In this document: positions 29,506-43,107 of the stretch, piece by piece
Position numbering within the stretch: position 1 is the first letter of the stretch
Layout: the number at the start of each line of letters is the position of its first letter
Source: the human T2T-CHM13v2.0 reference genome, Homo sapiens
NCBI RefSeq assembly: GCF_009914755.1
Contig: NC_060938.1
Strand: one strand, 5' to 3'
Length of the DNA stretch: 64,000 bases
Notes under the pieces: generated by a model
What the model was told of the DNA's origin: nothing
Database searches by the model: none
The model's input: only the letters and a program-made list of their open reading frames with translations
Translations under genes and position numbers: made by a program

Positions 29506-31325
29506 TCTTAAAATTATTTTTATTTTTATTTTATTTTAAGTTCTCGAATACATGTGCAGAATGTGGAGGTTTGTTACATATGTATACATGTGCCATGGTG
29601 GTTTGTATACATGTGCCATGGTGGTTTGGAGCACCCATCAACCCGTTATCTAGGTTTTAAGCCCTCCCTGCATTAGGTATTTGTCCTAATGCTCTCCCTC
29701 CTCTTGACCCCCACCCTACAACAGGCCCCAGTGTGTGATGTTCCGCTCTCTGTGTCCATGTGTTCTCATTGTTCAACTCCCACTTGTAAGTGAGAACATG
29801 GGGTGTTTGATTTTATGTTCCTGTGTTAGTTTGCTGAGAATGATGGCTTCCAGCTCCATCCATGTCCCTGCAAAGGACATGAACTCATTCTTTTTTATGG
29901 CTGCATAGTATTCCATGGTGTATATGTGCCACATTTTCTTTATCCAATCTATCATTGATGGGCGTTTGGGTTGGTTCCAAGTCTTTGCTATTTAAATAGT
30001 GCTTCAATAAACATATGTGTGCATGTGTCTTTGTAGTAGAATGATTTATAATCCTTTGGATATATACCCAGTAATGGGATTGCTGGGTCAGATGGTATTT
30101 CTGGTTCTAGATCCTTGAGGAATCGCCACACTGTCCTCCACAATGGTTGAGCTAATTTACACCCTGACCAACAGTGTAAAAGTGTTCCTATTTCTTCATA
30201 GCCTCGCCAGCATCTGTTGTTTCCTGACTTTTTAATGATTGCCATTCTAACTGGCATGAGATGGTATCTCATTGTGGTTTTGATTTGCATTTCTCTAATG
30301 ACCAGTGATGATGAGTTTGTTTTCATATGTTTGTTGGCCACATAAATGTCTTCTTTTGAGAAGTGTCTGTTCATATTCTTTGCCCACTTTTTGACGGGGT
30401 TATTTGTTTTCTTCTTGTAAATTTGTTTAAGTTCCTTATAGATTCTGGATATTAGCCCTTTGTCAGATGGATAGATTGCAAAAATTTTCTCCCATTCTGT
30501 AGGTTGCCTGTTCACTCTGATGATAGTTTCTTTTGTTGTGCAGAAGCTCTTTAGTTTAATTAGATCCCATTTGTCAGTTTTGGCTTTTGTTGCAATTGCT
30601 TTCAGTGTTTTAGTCAGGAAGTCCTTTCCCATACTTATGTCCTGAATGATATTGCCTAGGTTTTATTCTAGGGTTTTTATGGTCTTAGGTTTTACATTTA
30701 AGTCTTTAATCCATCTTGAGTTAATTTTTGTGTAAGGTTAAGGAAGGTGTCCAGTTTCTGTTTTCTGCATATGGCTAGCCAGTTTTCCCAGAATCATTTA
30801 TTAAATAGTGGAATCCTTTCCCCATTGCTTGTTTTTGCCAGGTTTGTTGAAAATCATATAGTTGTAGATGTGTGGTGTTATTTCTGAGGTCTCTGTTCTG
30901 TTCCATTTGTCTATATATCTGTTTTGGTACCAGTACCATGCTGTTTTGTTTACTGTAGCCTTGTAGTATAATTTGAAGTCAGGTAGTGTGATGCCTCCAA
31001 CTTTGTTGCTTTTGCTTAGGATTGTCTTGGCTATACAGGCTCTTTTTTGGTTCCATATGAAGTTTAAAGTAGTTTTTTCTAATTCTGTGAAGAAAGTCAA
31101 TGGTAGTTTGATGAGAATAGCATTGAGTCTGTAAACTGCTTTGGGCAGCATGGCCATTTTCAGGATACTGATTCTTCCTATCCATGAGCACAAAATATTT
31201 TTCCATTTGTTTGTGTCCTCTCTTATTTCCTTGAGCAGCGGTTTGTAGTTCTCCTTGAAGAGATCCTTCACATCCCTTGTAAGTTGTATTCCTAGGTATT
31301 TTATTCTCTTTGTAGCAATTGTGAA
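29506..31325 (-). mobile_element. L1PA (PA7/PA8-like), 5'-truncated ~1.8 kb: ORF2 C-terminal part and 3'UTR
   Basis: ORFs 30801-31343, 29988-30632 and 29773-29955 are L1 ORF2p pieces; TSD tattgtgactctt at 29493-29505 and 31361-31373. Confidence 0.97.
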
Positions 31326-31328
31326 GCA

Positions 31329-31358
31329 GTCTCTGTGGCACAACTGGTTAGTGTGTTC
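31329..31358 (+). pseudogene. tRNA-Asn(GTT) 5'-half retrocopy fragment (nt 1-30), fused to the L1PA 5' end
   Basis: gtctctgtggcacaactggttagtgtgttc vs tRNA-Asn GTCTCTGTGGCGCAATCGGTTAGCGCGTTC: 25/30 identical, 4 of 5 mismatches are CpG transitions; starts exactly at tRNA nt 1. Confidence 0.8.
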
Positions 31359-31373
31359 CCTATTGTGACTCTT

Positions 31374-31465
31374 AGCATTGTATCCCCAGTGTCCAGCAGA
31401 GGCCTACCACTGAGTAGGTACTCAATACATATTTCTGAATGAATGAATGAATGAATGAATGATTT
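31374..31465 (+). mobile_element. L2 3' end with (ATGA)n tail
   Basis: tgtatccccagtgtccagca...gtaggtactcaatac...tgaatgaatgaat. Confidence 0.75.
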
Positions 31466-31721
31466 ATTTGACTAGAAATTTGTAAGAGTTTACCAAAGTT
31501 TACTTGAGAACAGTGGCTTTTAATTTCTTTTTGACAATAATCTGCAGTAAATGAATGCATTTTATTATTATTTTCCCTAGAGCTGACATATTTTTAAAAA
31601 TATTATTTATCTTTTTTCTTTTTTTAACAAATATTTTAAATTAAGACCTAGTATACACATAGACACAGAGACACTTCATGAAACAATACTCACCATTATT
31701 ACATGTGATGCAGTCTTCTAC

Positions 31722-32059
<338 letters not shown>

Positions 32060-32164
32060 TAAAAAGGCTTTTAACCTGCTAGTTGATTTTACTACCTATT
32101 AGGGAGTCAGGATCTATGGATATGTTAATATTAGCAGGAAGACTTTGCATATTTTTGCTTCAAC

Positions 32165-32293
32165 TTTCTTTTTTTCTTTTTTTAAGAGATGGGTTCTCAT
32201 TACGTTGCCCAGGCTGGACTCTTGGACTCAAGCAATCCTGCCACTCCAGTCTTCCAAGTAGCTGGGACCACAGGCATGTGAACCATGCCTGGC
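32165..32293 (-). mobile_element. Free Alu monomer (FLAM-like)
   Basis: Single arm lacking the right-arm 31-bp insert. Confidence 0.8.
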
Positions 32294-33155
32294 TTTAAAG
32301 GACCTTAAAAGACAAACCATTCCTCTCATCTTTGTGTTCTTGGGCCCCATGTCCAGGTCAATAGAGACTGTTTCTCATTTCTCCCATGTTGCACATCTCA
32401 TGGCCTGGGCTGGCCCTGAGGTCTGTACATCTTTCCAGGGCCCATGAATAGGACTCTTCCATGAAGCTCTGATTTTCCAGGACAGGATAGACTAGAGCTG
32501 TGGCCTGAAAGTAACTGCGTCAAAGGCTTCGTCCCTATTTGGCAAAGTTTGGACTTGTCTAAAGAAGTGCCATCTTCTCTTTAAGACCTCTTGGTCTTCA
32601 TTTGAACACTTTTGCCTAACAATGTCCAGCACCTGGTGTGGAGATGGTCTTGGTCTTTCCCTGCCCCTCGGGCCACCCAGCTTTAATTTGCCACCACTTC
32701 TCCTCCTGCTGTGGGCTGCTGGCTCCTGGGCTCCAGTTCTGTGCAAGGAAAGCCTTTGGCTGCATTTAGCCTGGATTCCTGAGTTTTCTATGACTGGCAA
32801 GGGTGAGGAGGAAAATGCGTTCTGGGGCTGGAGAATGGTGATGGGGCAGGATGGGCTTTGGTTGTAGAGGAAAAGGCTGAGTGGAGTGTGTCCTGATGTG
32901 TGTTTAGATCTGTATAGGCCCTGGGCAAAGGGGTGCTCTAAAACCAGAAAAGCATGAGTTCCATTAGCCACCCGGTGTTGTGCTTCCCTTTCTCTGGTGC
33001 ATGTTAAGGACAGAATGTTTAGAAATTTCCTATAGCCACCAGCTTGGTTCTTTTCAAGGCTTGCATATAAATGTCACATGTGATCTTAGTTCAAGTCAAA
33101 AGAGAGAAAGGGAAAAGCCTGTAGGGCCAGGTGAAGCTTGCTTTGTTCCGGGTAA

Positions 33156-33456
<301 letters not shown>

Positions 33457-34022
33457 TGTTCCAGGTAACTCTTAATGGGACAGTAATAATACTATTAACT
33501 CCCTCTGCTATTTATTCAGCATCTCTACGCTTTGACACTGTAGATTCTGCTTGCTGGCTCAAACTGGTGGCCTCTGCTCCATTGCTCCTGGTCCCACAGC
33601 CTCTATTCATCTTTGTTGTTTAAACATTTTAAACTCTATTTCATGGTTTCTTAGAAATGCCAAAGCCAACCTTCTTGAACCATGGCCATTTAGGGCTCTT
33701 GTTTTTTCTGCCTTAAGAAGGTGAATACCTCCACCTGCCTTCCTGCACACCTTTTGTCCCTTTGTTCTCCATCTCTTTTAAAAAATGTTAGCGTGTCAGC
33801 ATATCCCTCATAGACTCAGTAATGCAGACTCCTGTGATTTGCTGCTTTGACATGTGCTCACCTATTCCAAGTGTTCCTTAGCCTATTTGTTGTCAGTAGT
33901 TATTTTTGCAGTCTTCATTACTTCCTATTTGTCTGAAAGGTATTTCTTAGTCCCTTCCTTTCCCCTTCTCTTTTTCTGTACTTTCCCTATTATAGCTGTA
34001 GGTCACAGACATTTGGATTTCA

Positions 34023-34351
<329 letters not shown>

Positions 34352-34679
34352 GACAACTACCACCTACGTTTACCATCATTTCATAAAAGAAGTTGCTCAA
34401 TGTGGTCCTAGAAGGATGTCAGTTGCCCTTGTGGAGATGTGCTTTCATTGAAGCTTTTTGGTTCTTTTGATGTGATCCAGGTCTGCCTCTTCTGATCCCA
34501 GTTCAGTGCAATCTCTTGGCACCTACTGCATGCTCAGCACTGTAGTGGACACAAAAGAAGAACTGGACTTTTGTCAAAAGACTTTTGCCTTTACCCTCAG
34601 GGACACATGTGTTTCCTGAGAGAGGACACAAGACAAACAGCTGTGCAAGACTGCAACTTTTGGGTATACCTTCCTATGA

Positions 34680-35303
<624 letters not shown>

Positions 35304-35432
35304 GACTGTGAACTTCCTAAGGGAAAGGATCGTATCCTATATGTGTCTACATGTGGTGCTGCACCAGCACGGTGTCTGATATATCATACATGTTCTATTG
35401 ATGTTTGCTCACTGAAAATGAATTACAGGACA

Positions 35433-36230
<798 letters not shown>

Positions 36231-36533
36231 TCAATCATGTATCAATAATGGATAATACAGTACAACGAAAGGTAGGATAGAGTGGGAAGAGGAGGGATCA
36301 TCACTGACTTAAGCTGGCAGGAAGACTTAACGGAAGCAGGTGGTGAGATTTGAGGTGGGCTCTCAGGAATGAGTAGAATTTGGCATGAACTGGCAGTAAC
36401 TAGTGGGTTCCTACTGAAAAGCGCCTGGGGACCAGGTAATAATATTCAGGAATGGCTATGTCTTTGTTTTGCAAGCTAATCTTTCTGATTTGGAGATTAT
36501 GGGATGATGACAGACACCAAATAACCATTTAGG

Positions 36534-37191
<658 letters not shown>

Positions 37192-37879
37192 TCATCTTCT
37201 TATTGCTCTCCTCCTCCTTCTCTTCCTCCTCCTCCTCTTCTTATTTTCTTATATTGCCATGTGCCTTTCTCCTTCCTTATCACCTCCTCTTTCACTTAAT
37301 ACCTCCTCCAGTACTTTTATTCATTGGCCTCCTGCAAGTCAAGGCCTCAGAGCTACCCAAAGAACTCTGGGAGGTCGTTTGGGTAAAGCATTTGGAGCTG
37401 AACCCAGAGGTCTTGGCCCAAGGCATATCTTTACCTTTATGCCATCTAGACTTAAACTCCTGTTAAATCTCATGGATTATGAATCTATTCAGAGGGATAC
37501 TTTTGGCTTTGTCAGTTCTAACATGTCAAGTACAAGTTAAGCTTATTTTTACAAGGGCATCATAATTGCATTTGTTTACCTTATGGTTGACGGCAGGGTA
37601 TAGAGGTGAGTTTTCCAAAATACAGTTCCTGTAACATTAGTTCACTATATCTGAATAAGTATTCTCTGAAATAAAGGGTTCAGAAAAAATATTTAGGTGG
37701 GCATTTGTAACATATTTTAAATTGTAAATAGATTTTTTATTGCAAGACTTCTTAGAGCCATATGGACATTTTGAATTTCCTAGACAAAGAAGTACTATAC
37801 TAAATTCTCAAACTTAATTGACCATGGGACACATTTTGCAGAACACGTACCAATAACTTCATTTGGGAAACGTTATTCC

Positions 37880-38250
37880 ACTGTAACTGGAAAAGTATGG
37901 ATTCTGGAGCTCTGTCATCCTGACTTGAAATTTCTACCTCTACCATTGAGTAACTTGTTTCTTTGGGCAAGGTATTTAACTTTTTGAAGCCTGAGTTTCC
38001 TCATCGGGAAAACATAACCATAGGCAAATAATACATCCCTCACAAAGTATTGGGGGTTACCTCCTAACCTCATGCTTCCATTGTTTCAGTCACATTGTTG
38101 TGCAATTTGTTGTTGACATGAAAGTCTTTCCGATCAAACTGAAATCATCCAGGACCTGGGTGGTATCTTATGATTTTTGTATCCTCAGTTCTTCCCCCAA
38201 TTCCTGGCACTCGATGGCACTCCATAACAGCTTATTGAATTAGTCAATGG
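37880..38250 (+). mobile_element. MIR followed by L2 3' fragment
   Basis: ttgggcaaggtatttaac...gtttcctcatc; tttgtatcctcag...ttcctggcac. Confidence 0.65.
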
Positions 38251-38615
38251 ATAACATATGTAATGCACCTCGTGCAGTTCTCGTCTGGCTCCTTCCTTTA
38301 TCCCTTCTCATTGGGTAAAAACTTATTGGAAGAAGTATGAAGGAGGCGGACATGAAGTGCTGGTGACATTGACCCTGATGATTTGGTTGGCTAAAGGCTG
38401 CATTCAGACCCATGCTTGATGTATGTGACCATTAGCCAGTGTGCACGTGAGGCTCGCTTAGGGATAGTGTGTTTATTTATTTGTAACTGCATGCCACAGA
38501 GTTACTACATTGGTTAGCTGTCATTTGCAGTATTCAATTTTGGGCATCAACTGTTAGGAGGGAGAAGATACTGGTTCCTTTAACATCCCTAACTCTGGTC
38601 TCTTCTTCTTCTTCC

Positions 38616-39311
38616 TTTTTTTTTTTTTTTCTCCTCCTGGAATTTTTCCTTCTTATTTTGCTTTTTTAAAGGTTATTTTATTCAGGCATAGGCATAAGAC
38701 ATTAAAAAAGATAAGGGATATGGTGTGAGGGAGGGAGGAAATCAAATAATTAATCCAAAAAAATCTGTAGAAATTAAAAATCAGAGCTTGGGGGCAAGGT
38801 GGGAGGCCACACATTCTTTCCACAGAGCCATTACCCATTGCCCAACTGTCTTCAGAAGCAAGAATAAAACAACAACAACAACAAAAAAACCCAACAGACC
38901 TCAGCTGTGTAATGAAGCTGGGGTCTTGGTCTGTTAGCTTTTAATATCTTTAAAACTGGGCTGGGCATCAAGTGTCTTTTCTGGAATAGGCCAAGGAAGA
39001 CAAGTCCAGTTTGGTTTTCAAGACTTCAGTGAGCTCTGTGGCCAGCAGCTCATGGAGGGACACGCTGTCATGGGAGTACATGCAGTTTTTCCCAGTCCCA
39101 TCATAATTCTTGGGCCCACTGGATGGAGAAGATAACCAGATTTGCTTGTTTGGTGCCTGCCTGTTGATCAAATAGGTTCCTAGATCTCCACCCAGTTTAA
39201 TAGTTAAGACACCACTCCCAAAGGAAACATCATAGTCCTCAAATGCATATGGCTCATCTGCAAGGTCTTCAAAAATTTCTGCTAAGGAGTCCAGCGTTTC
39301 CTCCGCTAGTC
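38616..39311 (-). pseudogene. FXN: Processed (intronless, 5'-truncated) pseudogene of frataxin; coding remnant 39309->38968 (FXN L98-A210 plus stop), 3'UTR ~38967->38631, poly(A) 38630->38616
   Basis: Minus-strand translation [113 protein letters not shown] aligns ungapped to human frataxin 98-210 (96/113 identical by my count from the recalled sequence). It runs across the exon 3/4/5a junctions with no introns. FXN-like 3'UTR follows, then a poly(A) (T-run on +) and a degenerate TSD tggtctcttctt (38596-38607) / cagtttcttctt (39311-39322). Probably one of the annotated FXN pseudogenes, but I cannot tell which. Confidence 0.96.
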
Positions 39312-39889
39312 AGTTTCTTCTTAAAAATACTTGAGGGAGGGTAAGGGAGACATTCACAAGCTGATGAGGGTCCTCCTGGGAGGGTTCTGGAGCATCTGGA
39401 TGTCCCAAATTATGATGAATGGTGAAGGAAATAGTGATGTGTACTCTCAGGAGCAAACCGGGGCACATGTTAACTTTCTTCTTATGAGCAGAATCTTCTA
39501 AAAAAGAGGGCTATAGACTGGTGTGAGCAAACCTGGGTGTCAGTGTCTGTATGACCATAGGTGAGTTTCCTGTTCCCTGGGCCCATGTTTCCTGTTCTAA
39601 AATGAAGGTTTGGGAGTGGAAGATGTTTGCAGGTCTTCTGTGGTTTGATGAGACATGAAATTGAAATATTTGGGGGCTGTGCTGGAGAGAAGTGTAGACT
39701 CCAGACTTTTTCTGTGGATTTTGGAGAGCAGAACTCAGACCATGGGTGGGAAGAGAAGGGGCCGGTGGCTGTTCAGTGTAAAAAAGTCATTTCAGAGGGA
39801 GGGAGAATGTGGACAATCCTGTTGTCACAAGTATAACCAGAGTTGCTGGCCAGGGCTGTTCTTCAGGTGACCCATAAGATCCTTGCCTT

Positions 39890-40975
39890 TAATTTAAAAA
39901 ATGTTTTATTTTAGGATAGTATTAGATTTACAGAAAAATTGTGAAGATAATACAGAATTCTCATATACTCTAGGATGTGGTCTGAATCTTGGTGACCCAC
40001 ACCCCCAGCCCTGCCTTCAAATTCGTTTGTTGAAATCTTACCCCTGCAAGGTGATGGTATTAGGAAGTGGGGCCTTTTAGGAGGTGATTAGCTTCTGAGG
40101 GCAGAGCCCTTATGGTTGGGATTAGTGCCCTTATAAAATAGGCCTGAGGGAGCTCATTCTCCCCTTCCACCAAGAGAAGACACAGCAAGACTGCACCATC
40201 TATTAACTGGGAAATGGATCCTCACCAGATGCCAAATCTGCCAGCACCTTGATCTTGAACTTCTTGCTTTTCTAATTGTGGAAATAAATTTCCTTTGTTT
40301 ATAAGGTACTAGTCTATGATATTTAGTTATCACAGCCTGAATGGATTAAGACCTAAATACGATTTCCAGTAGTGTTAACATTTTACATTAGTAAGGTACA
40401 TTTGTTATAATTGATGAGCCAACATTGATACATTATTATTAACTAAAGTCCATTCTTTATTCACATTTCCTTATCCCTTCCTATCTTTTTTCTGTTCCAG
40501 AACCCATCCAGGATATCACATTACATTTAGGCTCCTCTTGGCTGTGAACATTTCTTAGACTTTCCTTGCTTTTGATGACTTTGACAATTTTAAAGAATAC
40601 TAGCGTATTCTTCAGTGCAATACAGTGTAGTTGCTGACCAGTAGCTGCTGGACACTTGTAGAATGACCCTCAATTAGAGTTTGTCTGAGGTGTCATATGA
40701 TTAGATTGGAGTTGTGTGTTTTGGAAAAGTAAATCACAGAGGTGAAATGCCCTTCTCATCACATCATTTCAAGGGTGCATGCCATCAACATGTCTTATCA
40801 CTGCCGTTGAGCTTGATCACCTAGCTGGGATAGTGTTTGTCAGGGTTCTCCACTGTAAAGCTATCCCCCCAGCCCTTCCATCTTTCTGTACTGGACTTTT
40901 TAGAAGGAAGTCTCTATATGCATGCAGCCCACGCTTAATGAGTAGGAAGTTATGCTCTACTTCCTTGAGAGGAGT
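39890..40975 (-). mobile_element. L1MC/MD-like 3' end, interrupted by MLT1A
   Basis: agatttacagaaaaattgtgaagata...gatacattattattaactaaagtcca...ttctgttccagaacccatccagga. Confidence 0.82.
39972..40352 (+). mobile_element. MLT1A0-like LTR
   Basis: gtgatggtattaggaagtggggcctt...gggattagtgcccttataaaa...gcctgaatggattaagac. Confidence 0.88.
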
Positions 40976-42214
40976 TCTCCGTTTTAAATGAAAAAAATTT
41001 TATTTTGCCTTTTGCCTGCCCTCCAAGTCTCATGCAGAGCCTCAGGCACAGTGAGTGAGCCCATTCTCATTTCTTTGTCAGCGCTGGACAGCTAATCAAG
41101 ATCCAGGGATTTACTTAAGCTAACAGATGATTATTCTTCCCTGTAGAAGAGTTACCAGAATGCTGAATTTGCTAATTACTCTTCTCTTTGCTTCTCCCAA
41201 ACAGGGATTTGGAGAGAGATGAGACAAAGTTACGTTAAATGAGGACCGTGATTGAGGAACCTGGGAGCCTGAGGAAGAGGGAGGAGCAGCCCCTTACCAA
41301 AAATGGGGTGGGGGCTGATGCAGAACTGAAGTGGCCAGAAAGGAAGTGATGCCGGTAAGAGGGAATTAATGAGGGAGTTTGGTCCCTGGGTCCCACTGAA
41401 ATTTCTCAGTTTGTGCTACCCATCAGCATCTCTTCCAAATTCCTGCTTGTACCCTGCTCATAGGGGTGGAGGAAAAATGTTTATCCTGGGACCATGGCTG
41501 GAAGGAAAGGCTGCTTAGAGTCTCTGTGACCTTTCGTTCCCAACTTGCTGTCATTATCTTGCAAATCAGACCTTTACCAGTCTTTTTTTTTTTTTTTTTT
41601 TTTTTCTGCTGCTCACATCCAGAGTTGAGTGTTGGAAGAGGTGGCTTTGTGCCCAAGTCAGGCACTAACTGGATGTGTGATCTTTGTTCTCCTGTTTCCT
41701 CATCTGTACAATGGTGTGTTAGTTTAGACCAAAGAGGGTAAGTACAGGTACTAGGGATGCTTGATCCCCTTTCACACCTTTGCCAGACATTGCTAATTAG
41801 TCGCACCACTCTCACCTAGTAAGGACAAATGTGGCCTCAGAATGCTTCTTAACACAGTGCCCTAGGCATTAACTACATATAAGTTGGAGTGGACAAACAA
41901 GTAAGTGATATACCATCCCTAGACTAGATGCTCTTTTAGGGCCTTTTCAATGCTATAATTCTAAGATTTTATGATTCAAGTTTGCATAATTCATTTTGTC
42001 ATTCAATCAACAAATATTTCTGGGTACCTGCATGTGCCGGGCATTGTACTAGATGCTGGGTGTACACTGGTGAACAAAATAAACATAGTCCTTGTCTCTG
42101 TGGAGCTTACAGATTGTAAGTGCTTTCACAAGTGTCATAGATTGTATCCCAGTAATGCTTAGTACAGGGCAGGACAATCAAAGTCACCTGATGGTGGGAG
42201 ATGAAGGAAGTAGA

Positions 42215-42420
42215 TTTTGTTAAGCACCTTGGTCAAGGTTCAAATATATGATCCCATTTAATCCTTACAACCACCTTATAAATTAGATAATATTCACAGT
42301 CCTGCAAATGAGAAAAGCAAGGCATACAGAATTAAGTTGCCCATGATGCAAGAGTGATAATTGGTAAAGCTGAGATTGGGCCTGTAGCCAGTCTGATGCC
42401 AAAGGCAATAATTTTTATAC
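42215..42420 (-). mobile_element. MIR
   Basis: catttaatccttacaaccacc...aagttgcccatgat. Confidence 0.6.
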
Positions 42421-42798
42421 CACATCTCACTATGGTACCCAACCTTTCTGTTCTTCAATAAAGAGAGAGTATCTCCAATAAGTAGGGAGGGGCAGATTAG
42501 ATTCCACGTGAGGGAGAAGAGGAAAGGCTGGGACAATGTAGTTGCTGACCTGTAGCTGCTGGAGCCTCTGGGTAAGGATGAAGCTACTGTCTGGGGCTGA
42601 TGCAGCCAGTTGGCCCAATTAAGCAGGGTAATGGCTAGAATGATGATATAAATGAGGCCAGTCCAGAGGATGTGCCTCTTCCTGCACCCTTGGATCATTT
42701 ATCATATCACATCAGCCTGATTTCTTCCTAGGCCTAAATTGGACTTGCAATGAAACCAATCTTTTCCCAGTTTCTACCAGCTGCTTAAAGCTCTAAGA

Positions 42799-43045
42799 CA
42801 GGGGTGTCCAGTCCTTTGGCTTAACTGGGCCACATTGGAAGAAGAAAAATTGTCTTGGGCCACACATAAAATACACTAACACTAATGATAGCTGATGAGC
42901 TAAAAAACAAACAAACAAACAAAAAACCCTGCAAAAAAAAAAAAAACTCATAATGTTTTAAGAAAGTTTACAAGTTTGCGTTGGGCTGCATTCAAAGCCA
43001 TCCTGGGCTGCATATGGCTTGCAGGCTGCAGGTTGAACAAACTTG
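42799..43045 (+). mobile_element. MER30 (hAT-Charlie MITE)
   Basis: caggggtgtcca...gggccacattggaagaagaa...caaacttg; perfect 8-bp TSD ctctaaga at 42791-42798 and 43046-43053. Confidence 0.93.
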
Positions 43046-43107
43046 CTCTAAGACCTCTCCTTATGTTTTGTGCTACTTTGAGATGGGATGTGCCCTGGAA
43101 AGTAGTG

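Noticed and set aside
29773-31343. Longest ORFs in the track (214 and 180 aa)
   Set aside because: Fragments of L1 ORF2p in a 5'-truncated, disrupted element
32492-32971. 159-aa minus-strand ORF in unique sequence
   Set aside because: No family I recognise, no ATG at the called start, no supporting exon structure, poly(A) or TSD; a BLASTP/PhyloCSF hit would change this
38601-38615. (GAA)4 on the minus strand at the end of the FXN retrocopy, reminiscent of the Friedreich ataxia repeat
   Set aside because: The disease repeat is in FXN intron 1 and cannot be in a processed copy. This tract derives from the target-site/poly(A) junction and is coincidental.
38968-39171. 67-aa ORF as a functional mini-frataxin
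   Set aside because: The start codon is TTG within the pseudogene. It lacks helix 1, the first strands and the targeting peptide, and core tryptophans are mutated.
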